From Nemertoderma westbladi (taxonomy: Eukaryota > Animalia > Xenacoelomorpha), in the NCBI GenBank assembly GCA_032718475.1, contig JAUCBJ010004109.1, positions 1 to 64,000 of the forward strand: DNA of 64,000 nt, written 5' to 3'. The notes beneath the pieces are model-generated. The model searched no databases and was not told where the DNA came from. It saw only the letters and a list, made by a program, of their open reading frames with translations. The position numbers and the translations under genes are program-made. This document shows positions 12,328-23,300 of this stretch, piece by piece (within the stretch, counting starts at the first letter, position 1; each line of letters opens with the position of its first letter).

Positions 12328-13502
12328 GGTCTCTATAGGGGTGTCTTTAGCAGGCGGCGGCGGACTCGTGAGGGTCTGGGGGCACGTTAAAATCTGCCGT
12401 ATAGTGCAAGGGAGTTACTTAAGGCCCTCGTGTCTAACGAACCATGAATCGACATGGTGCCGTGGTATCGTCTAGTCGGCCTGTTGCCGTACTGCCAGTC
12501 CTGTACACAGTAGGGGTGGTGGCATGGCGTGATTTGTGGTTCATGTGGTGTGAACTGTGATTTGTATGTGGGCGACCAGTGGCAGTTAGCTTTGGGGCTT
12601 GGATGTGTGCCATTGACCGTCAGCTGTTCCGTTTTTTTGATACTATATGTTATTGTCTCCATGTTCAGCTGATTGGTCCTTGGAGTGTGTTTAGGTCTGA
12701 GATGAGCTTTCTGTTGCTGTGGGTACGTGAGTACACGTGATTGTATGTGTGGCCACTGCGAGTGAGTGTGGGAAACCTTGCCGGTTGGCCCAGACGCCGC
12801 TGGTATTAGTAGGACCATACTTTACTGCGCCCCAGCATACTTTGTGCACACAAGTTATTTTACCCTGACGGTAAAATAAGGTACTCTCGACTTTCTCATT
12901 CTCTCTCAAGTCGATACAACTAGTCCCTCCCGATTTTGACCCCGATTTTGTCTTTCCCGATTATGTCCTCTGTGTGTGCATGGTATGTGTCAGATTTTGT
13001 GTTTACCGTAGTGTACTTGATATTGTGAACATCTGTTGAGTACACGTGTATAGGACTGGTAAGTGGTTACTTGTTCCTAGCTTTCGAGCTAGTCAGTATT
13101 GTTTGCGGAACTTACTTCCCCTCAATACTGCCGGCGAGGCGGGTGAAAATGTGTCAAAATTCCATGTGGGGTAGCGCAAGCCCACATGGGACAAGACCGT
13201 CGGTTAGGCCCAAGGGCGACCTTGGTGCTTGATCGCTATCGACTGGTCCACCCGCCGGTTGACTCTCTGAGTTGGCTCAATGTACAGTCAGGCCACAGTG
13301 AGTTGACAGTAGCGGCCCATCTGGCTACACGTTCGACGAGCTGTGCCGGTGTGATCGGGGGACCGAAAACAGAACCCGGGAAGCATCGGGCCACCCTCCG
13401 GCCCGGTCTGATAATAACATCAGTCAGACTGGCCCCAGGGGTGGTGGAAAGGTGTCCGCCTCGTGGGTGCGCCTCGGGGAGGAGCCCAGAAGGACACAAG
13501 CG
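12314..13502 (+). ncRNA. Putative group I self-splicing intron within gag (3' end uncertain)
   Basis: P1 AAAGAU(12308-13)/GUCUUU(12343-48) with U.G; P3 GGCGGGUG(13138-45)/CACCCGCC(13249-56); P4 13149-55/13195-200 with A-rich J4/5; P5 13160-91; P6 CGGUUA(13201-06)/UGAUCG(13230-35) plus a GCGA-capped P6b; J6/7 CUA; P7 U-C(bulge)-GACUG(13239-45)/CAGUCA(13285-90); P8 13257-77; J8/7 CAAUGUA; several P9-region hairpins; candidate terminal G at 13502. Confidence 0.8.
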
Positions 13503-16500
13503 TTATTGAGGAAGCTTGGGTCAGGGCCTCGGCGCGCAAACCATCGCGAGCGCTAAGGACTGACACTGAGTCAAGCGATGAAGAGGAAGAAATGAGACGT
13601 CAGAAGTCCCGAAACTATAAGGAAAGAAGGACGGACGCGGAGCAGGTAAGTTGGAACCACCGGGAAAGGACCAGACTTAGCAACCCTGCGGAACTAAACC
13701 ATTTGTTAACCCGGAACGACGCAACCCTTAGAGACATAGGTAAGTTTGCTGCTAGGCAAGGACTGCCGACGCAACAACCCCAGAAGTTTATGGGTAACCA
13801 CAAGCACTGGAGGACCTTCAAAACCTATGTCGACGAGCAGCTAACCAACAGCACCTTTACTCCCAACGAGAAGTTCAACTATTTGCTTCAGATGCTCCAT
13901 CGAGAACCTAGAGCCATTGCTGATAACTTCGTCGGCAATGAACGGGCATTCGAGTTAGCGATGAAGACGCTTAGTGACATCTACGGGAATAAAACCAAGA
14001 TGGCGCAGTCGATAGTAGAAGACTTGGGTAAGGGCGGAAGGATTACAACTCCGTTAGAGCTGTTGAACTTAGCGAACGCTATTTCGAACGCATTGGACAT
14101 CTTGAGGACGGTGAATCTACCTCATCATGGTGATCACGCCGAAGTTTTGAAAAGCGTAATAAGACGTTTAAACATGCGTTACAGACAGAAATGGCGCAAA
14201 TTAGAGAATAAGTTGGAGGGCCAAGGTAAAGTATTGACACTTCAGCATATTCATGACATGATAGCCACAGACGCAGTAGCAGATATGAAATCAAACTTCT
14301 CAGAAGAGAATATGAGGGAGTCTAAACCTGTTACCGGTAAGTCTATGGTAAGTTTTGACGATGACAGGACCACTGTGACATTTAACTCAGTAGACAGATA
14401 TAATTCGAGTACCCCAGCCTTTAGATCAGACTCGCGAGTATGGTCAGGTGAGCGGTTAGATAGACCTAGGTTAAAGCAACAGGAGTTACCGGATGGATTT
14501 GTAGGTTGCCAATACTGTTTACTAAAGGAGGTAAGATCTGACGACCATAAGTTAGATAGTTGCAGACGGTTCAAAGAATTAAATTCGGAACAGAGAAGAG
14601 TTCAAGTGCGGACGTTGGACACCTGTTGGGCATGTCTTGCGCCAGGTCATGTACGGCGGCAGTGCCCTAACAGCAAGGACGGATGCATGGAATGCGGCAG
14701 ACTACATCACAAGTTGCTACATGCGGATTTCCATACCCCAACGGACCGTTACTTACAGCGAAATCCTCACAGGAAGGGGAGCAAAGAACCCGTATCGATA
14801 AGGAGGAATACATACACTGGCATCCGGGACGATGGTTACCAACCAGGTTCGTCGGACGAGGATGGCGAGTCGAGCGCGAGAGAAGTGACCTGCCAAGGTT
14901 TCACCGCGGATAGTTCATCGACCAGCGCGCGGACGTATTTATCATCGGCCACGTCGGAAATATTTAGCGTGATTCCGGTGAAACTCACTGGCGATAAGGG
15001 ATCGAAGCGAATATATGTGATGTTGGACACTGCGTCCACATTATCATATATCGACGAGGAAGTGGCGAGAGCCGTTTCTAGCTTCCAGGACGCCGAGGAG
15101 ATCCAAATAGAGTTGAAGTCTATGCATGGGGTAGGAGACCTCAAGGGACACAGAATTTCGGTGGAACTAGATTCCCTACTTCCGAGAGACCAGCATACTC
15201 GACAAGAACGGAAAGCTTTGCCATTGGACGGATTTAAGTGTCTAGCTATGAAGGGATTCGGCAGGCAGTTAGGTAAGGTGCCGCCGATGAGTCCCATAGC
15301 ACAGGAGTATTTTGACAAGCTCAGGATACCCAGACACCAGGTAGGTTATAGGAATGTTTCTATGTTAATTGGTGCAGAACAGCTGATCGCACACCAGATA
15401 TGGGAAACGAGACCAGCTGAGCCGCATGTCAATGGACCACATGCCCATAGGACCATACTAGGTTGGTATACACGAGTACCCATGTCTTATGAGTTTACAG
15501 GTGGCGACAAGCCAATGGACAGATACGACGAATTACAGCCTATAACTCAACCACCGTTAGTAGAACCACCAGACATAGACGAGTTTAGGAGAACCTGCAT
15601 TGACCACTATAGTGACTTTAGCGAGTCGGACGAGGAGTTGATTCCCGATAATGTTAGGTTGTCGGAACCACTTCATAACGACCGGACAGATAGTGAACCC
15701 GAGGACTACTGTTATCAGACCCGTGGGTCTGGTTCAGCGGCCCACGCTACCTATTTGACTAACGTTTTGACTTATACAGACATAGTGGAGGGTCAAGTGG
15801 CTAAATATCGAGACCTAGACATTTTCCAATACAGTGAGGAGGAATTACAGAAGGAATTGATACGCCAGGACCTCGAGACAGGAGCCAGAACCGTCGAATG
15901 GCTGGATAGGGACGCAATGGAACCCGGTGGATATGACCTAGCCATGTCTACTGATGAGAAACGGTCGCTGGAGATGATGGAAGACACCATACGTCTGCTA
16001 CCGACTGGACATTTTGAAGTTGGAATGTTGTGGCGTCGACAACCACCTAAGTTGGAGAACAACTACAACTTAGCCTTGAAAAGATTGAACGGAGTAAGGG
16101 CTCGGTTGTTGAAGAATCCGGACATTAGGGAGAAGTATTGCGCCCAGATCAACAACTATTTCGCCAAGGGATTTGCTGGGAAGGTAGAGGACCCTGACTT
16201 AGTGACAGACCAGACTTATTACCTTCCACACCACTATGTGACTCACCCTGACAAGCCAGACAAAGTCCGAGTAGTCAACGACTGCGCAGCAGTCTATAGA
16301 GGTATGTCCCTGAATTCAGAGTTGATGGATGGTCCCAACCTGAATAACTATTTGATAGGAATACTGTTGCGTTTTAGACAGCGGCGATTCGCATTTACTT
16401 GTGACATCGAGGCGATGTTCCACCAGGTAAGAGCCTGTAAGGCAGACCAGGATAGCCTTCGCTTTCTCTGGTACGAGAACGAAGACTTATCCGGCCCAGT

Positions 16501-18364
16501 GGTTACATACCAAATGTACGTTAGGATATTTGGCGCCCGCGATAGTCCGAACGGCACGCTGTTTGTTCTAAAGAAAACGGCAACAGCCCAGATTGGTAAG
16601 TACCCAGTAGAAGTAATCGAGTCCATCTTGAGAAACTTCTATATGGACGACGGATTGGTGTCCAAGGACACGGCGGAACAAGCCATAGAAGTGGCTCACG
16701 GCCTGCAAGAGTGCTTGGCTACAGGGGGATTTCCTCTGACCAAGTTCACTACTAATTCGGAGGCCCTATTAGAATCGTTCCCGGTAAAAGATCGCGGGAG
16801 CGGAGACATAGAATTGGGGGTAGAACCAATCCCCATGGCGCGAGTACTGGGACTCGCTTGGAATCCGAATTCAGACAAGTTCCAGGTAAGAGTTAGATTT
16901 GAGCCCAGTAGCCCAGACAAAGTTTTGACAAAGAGGATTTGCTTATCGACATTAAGTAGAATATTTGACCCGATGAACTTTATCAGTCCGGTTATATTAC
17001 AGGCACGAGCGTGCATGAGGAAAATTTGGTTGTCCGACTTAGAGTGGGACGAACCAATATCTCCTATACATGCAAAGCAGTGGAGGGAGTGGGAAGCCGA
17101 GTTGCATCTGTTGAAAAATATAGATGTACCCCGTTCCTACTTTCCGAATCAGTTGGTATTTCCAACTGATTTAGAGCTGCACCTATTTAGTGACGCAAGT
17201 GACACCGGCTTTGGTATGGTAGCCTACCTTCGCCGAGAGGTAAGTCAGGACAAGTTTGAGACGGCCTTTGTGACTTCTAGATCAAAGACAATGCCGGTCA
17301 AATATATGACTGTCCCTCGTGCAGAGTTACAGGCGGCTGTAGTTTCGGTCGAGGTAAGTAAGCAGATAATTGAGGAGTTAGACACGACATTGACCTTATT
17401 CTATTGGACGGATGCATCCTTGGTGTTAGTATACATTGCGGCCGACAATATTGCACTAAAGACATTTGTGGCCAATAGACGCGCTCAGATCGTTGACTTT
17501 TCAACGAAGGAACAATGGAGACATTGTCCGGGAGTGTTGAACCCGGCCGACATAACTTCGAGAGGTGCAATGCCGGCGGAATTCTGTCGGGAAGAGTCGC
17601 AGGAGTTTTGGTTGCATGGACCTGATTTTCTAACAAGGACACAGGAACATTGGCCAGAGCGACTAAAGATAGTGACCAATCCGATGCCTGAAGATGCAGA
17701 AGTCAAAGTGGAGAAAGTCTCTAAGTCGAAGTCTAAAGCCAAACTTAAGTCATTGGAGCGGCCTGAAGAGTCATTGGAGCGGCCTGAAGAGTTATTGGAG
17801 CGGCCCGGAGACCTGTCAGACCAACAGACTTACGTGACTACTAGGTCAGGAAGGGTAAGTTATGACGTAAAACCACCCTTACAGACTAAACCGGAGTCAC
17901 AGTTGGTAAGTGACGGACAGAAAATGACCGACACAATGGAGCCTTTGGTTTCCAAACCTGCGGGTTTGGATTCGAAACTTCCATTGGTCAGCGGACAACC
18001 GTCGCTGGCATTAGAGTCATGCAGTATTTATGACAAATTACTAAATTCGTCTGCCTCTTGGCTGACAATTTGTAAAAGAACTGCGTGGTTAAGCCGATAC
18101 GTTTCGTACCTTTGTTTAAAACATTCGAAACATTTGAGAGAACCATCGAGCGCCAATAGTGAGCGAATTCGGAAATTGAAACAACCTCTGACAGAGGATG
18201 AGATTGATCAAGCGGAATTAAAGCATTTGAAACACTATCAAATGTGTGCCTTCCCAAAAGAATTCCATCTATTATCGGCTCAACGACTAGTTCTCTATAA
18301 ACCCCTTAGAAAATGGAGTCCATTAATCCATAAGGGTTTGATTTGTCATAGATCGAGAATCTAG
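13503..18364 (+). CDS. gag-pol: BEL/Pao Gag core, zinc knuckles, protease, reverse transcriptase and RNase H (putative exon 2; ORF track 13463..18364)
   Basis: Gag core KFMGNHKHWRTF...EKFNYLLQML; knuckles CQYC..H..C, CWACLAPGHVRRQC, CMECGRLHHKLLH; PR LDTAS; RT DIEAMF and YMDD; RNase H FSDAS, ELQA, WTDA, NPADITSRG. No convincing own start (the track start is GTG). Confidence 0.95.
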
Positions 18365-19615
18365 ACTGTCGACATAAACTCACAGTTTCGGTTCCCAGTG
18401 ATAATCCCTAGTCACCCAATAGAATTGCAAAGAGCGATTCTATGGGATATACACAAGAGGTTGCATCACGCGGGAAAGTTACACTGTCTGTCGGCAGCGA
18501 GACAGCGATTCATTCTATTGCAGCCAAGCAGGGCAGTAGGCACTATGTACGACGCCTGTCTGGTTTGCAAGAGAGTGAACGCCAGAGTATTGGAACAGGA
18601 GATGGCTGAACTCCCGGAAGCGAGAGTGCAGGCATATGACCCACCCTTTACGAACACAGGGGTGGATTGTTTTGGTCCGATTGAGGCAAAGAGTGGACGG
18701 CTGACCCACAAGCGATGGGGTCTGCTACTGACATGTATGGCGAGTAGAGCCATACACATCGAGCGTGTGGCAGACATGTCGACCAAATCTCTGCTCCTGG
18801 CCTTAAAGAGATTTATGGCCAGGAGAGGACTAGTAAAGGCGTTCTACTCTGACAAGGGTACAAACTTTGTCGGAGGGAATAGCGAGTTGAACGCGGCTCA
18901 TAAAGCAGCACAGAATAAGGAAATTTCTGCAGCACTTTTGCCGCAACGAGTAGAGTGGAGATTCAATACTCCAGAAAGTCCTTGGAGAGGAGGAAGTTGG
19001 GAGCGTTTAGTTCGCTCTGTAAAGCAGGCCATTGCTAAGACGTTGCCTGTAAACAAACAACTTACCGACGACGAACTGGTTACAGCTTACATTGAAATCG
19101 AGCATACCCTAAACTCGAGGCCGATAGCTATGTTGCCAGACGGTGTTGCATTAACGCCGAATCATTTGCTAATGCAGAGTCCAGCATTTCTTGTGCCGGC
19201 ATCAGAACCCATTAGTGCCGACCTATATAGTCGTAAGAGCTGGAAAGTAACACAGTTAGTGGCGTACACATTCTGGGAATATTGGCGGGAATACTATCTT
19301 CCCACCATATCTACCAGAACAAAGTGGTACAAGACGGTTCGGAGTCTCCAAAGGGGAGATTACGTGTTGATAACCGAGCCGATTATCAAGAGAAAGTATT
19401 GGGAGACAGGAGTTATCTTGCACACACACCCAGACGCGCAAAACATAGTGCGCACAGTCACTGTGAAAATTAGGTGCAAGTGTCCGCACCCAAAAAAGTG
19501 TAAAACTGATGGTTTGCACACCTTGGACCGACCGGTCCAAGATATTGTGTTATTAGAGGAGACACGTATCGAGACGGGAGATTATAATTTGTCTCCTGCC
19601 TCAAAACAGAGTTAG
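18365..19615 (+). CDS. Integrase, same frame as pol, separated by a single TAG
   Basis: HHCC (IHKRLHHAG...CLVC), DCFGP, SDKGTNF, GGSWERLV. The frame continues RSRI*TVDINSQFRFPVIIP across TAG 18362-18364. Confidence 0.93.
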   Translation, partial: TVDINSQFRFPVIIPSHPIELQRAILWDIHKRLHHAGKLHCLSAARQRFILLQPSRAVGTMYDACLVCKRVNARVLEQEMAELPEARVQAYDPPFTNTGVDCFGPIEAKSGRLTHKRWGLLLTCMASRAIHIERVADMSTKSLLLALKRFMARRGLVKAFYSDKGTNFVGGNSELNAAHKAAQNKEISAALLPQRVEWRFNTPESPWRGGSWERLVRSVKQAIAKTLPVNKQLTDDELVTAYIEIEHTLNSRPIAMLPDGVALTPNHLLMQSPAFLVPASEPISADLYSRKSWKVTQLVAYTFWEYWREYYLPTISTRTKWYKTVRSLQRGDYVLITEPIIKRKYWETGVILHTHPDAQNIVRTVTVKIRCKCPHPKKCKTDGLHTLDRPVQDIVLLEETRIETGDYNLSPASKQS

Positions 19616-20373
19616 TGTTGGACGCAACTCACTTCGTATGCATTCCTCGTATGCAAATACAAGGAAATGCATAGGAGCGGGGTTGTGGTGATTTGCGTTG
19701 AGTTTTGTCTGGTGGGTATCAAAACAAAATTTTATTTCAAAAATTTTGGAAAAAATTAGAAAATTTTAAAAATTAGAAGTGAACCCAAGACAATTCCAGA
19801 CGCTGTGTATAGACGCGTTTTAGAATTCGTCTATAGATAACAGTAATTTGAAAGTCGTGAAGCCTGGAAAATAGCATTTAGAAACCATGGTGACGGCTAT
19901 ATTACGTAGGAGTGTAAATTGAGTTTAGCAACTTCCACAGATTGGTGCCAACAGTGCAACTAAGGTGCTAAAGGTTAGTAGCACCAGAGGCGTGCACGGA
20001 CCCCACTCAGTAGTTTGCAGGATGTGTGATGTTCGATTATCAAACCTGTGGGTTTGGTATAGTCGAGTATTGTGGCTATGGTCCTTTCTAACTACTGTAG
20101 TTTAGTACGAGTAATGGGAGTAGTTTGGGCATCAAAAAGTGAGTTGGTCACGGCCAGTTTATCTCCAAAGTTTTTGCGCTATGCATGGGAATAGGTTAGA
20201 GGATAGTTAGTTAGGAAGAGACGGGATCTAGAGAGTCGAACCTGAACTGCTGGAAGGCGGGGGGGGTTCGGGAGGTCTGTCCTTCGGCGACATCTAACTG
20301 ATTTACCCACAGTGTAGTTGGTTACGTAACGGCACTTATTGGGATATATATATATGTATATACGCGTAACATA

Positions 20374-23300
20374 ATGGAGAGGGATATTAGAGCGCAACCG
20401 CGCAGAGGATTTACTGCCAGAGAGGAGGCGGAGCTACCATTCGCGCGACCAGGATGTAAAGACTCTAACATTTACTACCATGGGCGGTCCGTGATGGAGC
20501 TGAACGGGAAGTACAAACCAAGTTATGATAAAGAATTACGGAGAGAAAGAATGAGAGCGTTGGGGGACCGGATGGAAGTCTTGCGGAGAGAGTATCGCAC
20601 GCGGTATCCCTACGACTTTGCTTTGGACGTGTGCGACATTAGCGCAGATCCGGACGAGGAAATCGCACGACTATACCATATGAATATGTATTTACGACAT
20701 GAGGAGCCTCTACCTGCAGTCCGAGACCAGTTCGACGGAATGCACCTGTATCGGAGGACTCGAGGCGAGGATCAGGAGACGCCGAAAGTCTTCGGCGTAT
20801 ACAAGCTCTTCTACAAGTGTGGTGAATGCATGAATAAACAGGACGTGGCGATTCCCGACCGATTAGACGAGCAACATCCGGAACCGATATTAACGCGATG
20901 TCCAGCTCACCAATTCCTTAGATACAACGAGGGAGGTTACCCGATGAGCAACCCGATGATCAGTATCGACTTCAGCGGAAAGCGACCTCCGAGACCCATT
21001 ACGCCGACCGTTACGACATTAGATCCGTATACGGAGATTAAACCCTGTTCGACACCCAGTTTGATAGAGACGGCAGCGGCCATTTCGCTGTACCGAGCCT
21101 ATAAGGATCTAGAGGCGCGGCGCGAAGCGGCGCGGGACTCGGGTACCAAACCCGCGGGTTTGGAGCTCTCGAGTCCCTGGACTGCGTTTACTTCACCTCA
21201 CCGAGTGAGAAGCCTCACGCCTGAGCATCAGGACGACATAGACGCGTTGCGGCAGGAGGAGCGAGCGGCGAAGGCGAAAGAGTTATTTGAGAACAGGATA
21301 GCGGAGTATAATAAGACCGCGGATAGACATCAAGAGGAGACGAGGAGAGTGACCGGATTTGTTCCACAGGTCGTATCTCAACCCGGACCGGTGTATTATT
21401 CCGACGGCACCGAACCTGCGATATTAGTAGATCATCCGGAGTCGCGAGAAGCGATACGATTCTTGCCGATGGTAAGAATGGCGGACCATTGGAACGTTGA
21501 CTGTCTACGGGAAGTTTTATGCGCGAAGTTCTTGCGTGATGTCCCAATGCAGATCACAGATTACGACACTTTGGATAAGATTGGAGCTCCGGGGAAGGAG
21601 AGTAAACTATTCGGATGGTTGGATAAGTACATCAAGGTATGGGTCGCGGTGGCTACATTCCCAGACGACGAGGAGGTAGACCAGACGTGGCTGAGGAGGA
21701 AGGGTTCTTATACCCGATATGATGACCACAAGGCTATCGAGCGCATGTGGACCCCATCAGATGAGATTCAGCGTCAGTGGAGGAAAACGGAGGAATCACT
21801 GCAGGATTGGAGAGTGATGTTCTACGACAATGAAGGAGGGTCCCATCAGGAATGTTTGACCAGCAAGTGTATTCAAATTCGTGCGGCCGATGGTGTGACT
21901 CATGTGTTTATGCGTATGAGGGCGGATCGAGAGAGACCGGAGCCCATCATAACGACACAATATCGGAAAGGGAAGGATCCTAGGGAACCGATTTTGGAGG
22001 TATGCAGGCGAGGAGGTATGCACGGAGCGGAGCGTATCGACGCCAGGATGTTACCCAAGAAAGTTAGAGAGGCTATTCTCAACCAAGATTACGTCAAGGT
22101 GGGATCGGGAGCCCAGAGCGATTTGGAGAGCGACTTCAACGCCATGACTGATCTGGAAGATAGATTGCCGAGACCGTTTGTCGACACCAAGCTATTGTTG
22201 CTATGGGCACAGGATATTGGAATTTATAGGGAGTATCCCAACTCTGCCAAGACTGGTATGGGCTTTATAGCACACTTGTTGTATAATTGGGACTTTAAGT
22301 TAAAGACGCAAAAGAAGTACGAGGAGGCGTATGGCGAATACAACACGCCACCGGGAGCGGAGTTCAAATCCCACTTCAAGCGGCAAGCGTTAGTGTATTG
22401 GAACATTTGCGCGCCACCCCGTGCGTCGCTACAATATTATTTGGTGCTTGAGTCGAACACGGTGACTTGTTTATTAGCGGATATCGTTGCGCGAGTTTTG
22501 AAGCGTCATCCATTGGTATTCGGAGGAGATCAATACGTTCGCTCGAAAAGGGGAATCCAATCCGACGTGATGAAGCGTTTCTTAACCCCGTTCTTCAACC
22601 AATCGTTAGAGAATACGTCGATGGTGAGGAGAGGATTAGCGATATTCGAAGGAGTATATCGACAGAACATCGGAGATTTGGGAGACCGACCGTCGATGGA
22701 ATATCCGACGCCAGAAGCTTTGGAGAAGTGGTTCGGGAATCAAACCCGCGGGTTTGGTACTCCCTTCCACTCGGAGGCTGATAGACCTGTTAAGGAGGGC
22801 TGGCCGGAAACGTTAGTAGAGGTGTTCGGAGTAGATCTTCCGGTGGAGAAGACATATCCGAAACGAACGCGGGAGGAAATATTGGAGATAGAGGACAAGG
22901 GCGAGGATGTTTACTTTGTTCCGGATCGACAACCGTTGACCGGAGAGGACGACATCGTATTAGACATTGGGAAGGAAGGAAGTGCGAAACCGATTGGAGA
23001 CCTCATATACGAGAGGGCCTGGTTTCCACAAGCGCGTAGGTGCAAATTGTGCGGCAGCACAAGGCACAATCTAAAGTCGTGCGACGCGGTAATAGAGGCG
23101 GCGCATAAGGTCTGTCGTTGGTGTAATGAGACCAACCATTCGTTTCACACGTGCACCGTCTTCATTTCTCAATGTGGATATTGTGGAGTAAAAGGACATC
23201 GTAGCGCGAGATGTCAGCTGCGAGATGATTCCTTTCAAAACCATAGCGCTAACCTACTTCGGGAGATGTTAGACAAGTGGGAGAGTGTGGCGGATTACCA

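Noticed and set aside
12324-13497. Group II intron (GUGAG ... AC ends, also in frame) or nested solo LTR
   Set aside because: No domain V with a catalytic triad and bulge; no TG...CA boundary with a TSD.
12324-13524. Spliceosomal intron AG|GTGAGG ... AAG or CAG (in-frame acceptors at 13500 and 13524)
   Set aside because: No polypyrimidine tract at either acceptor, and the complete group I core explains the region better. Not fully excluded.
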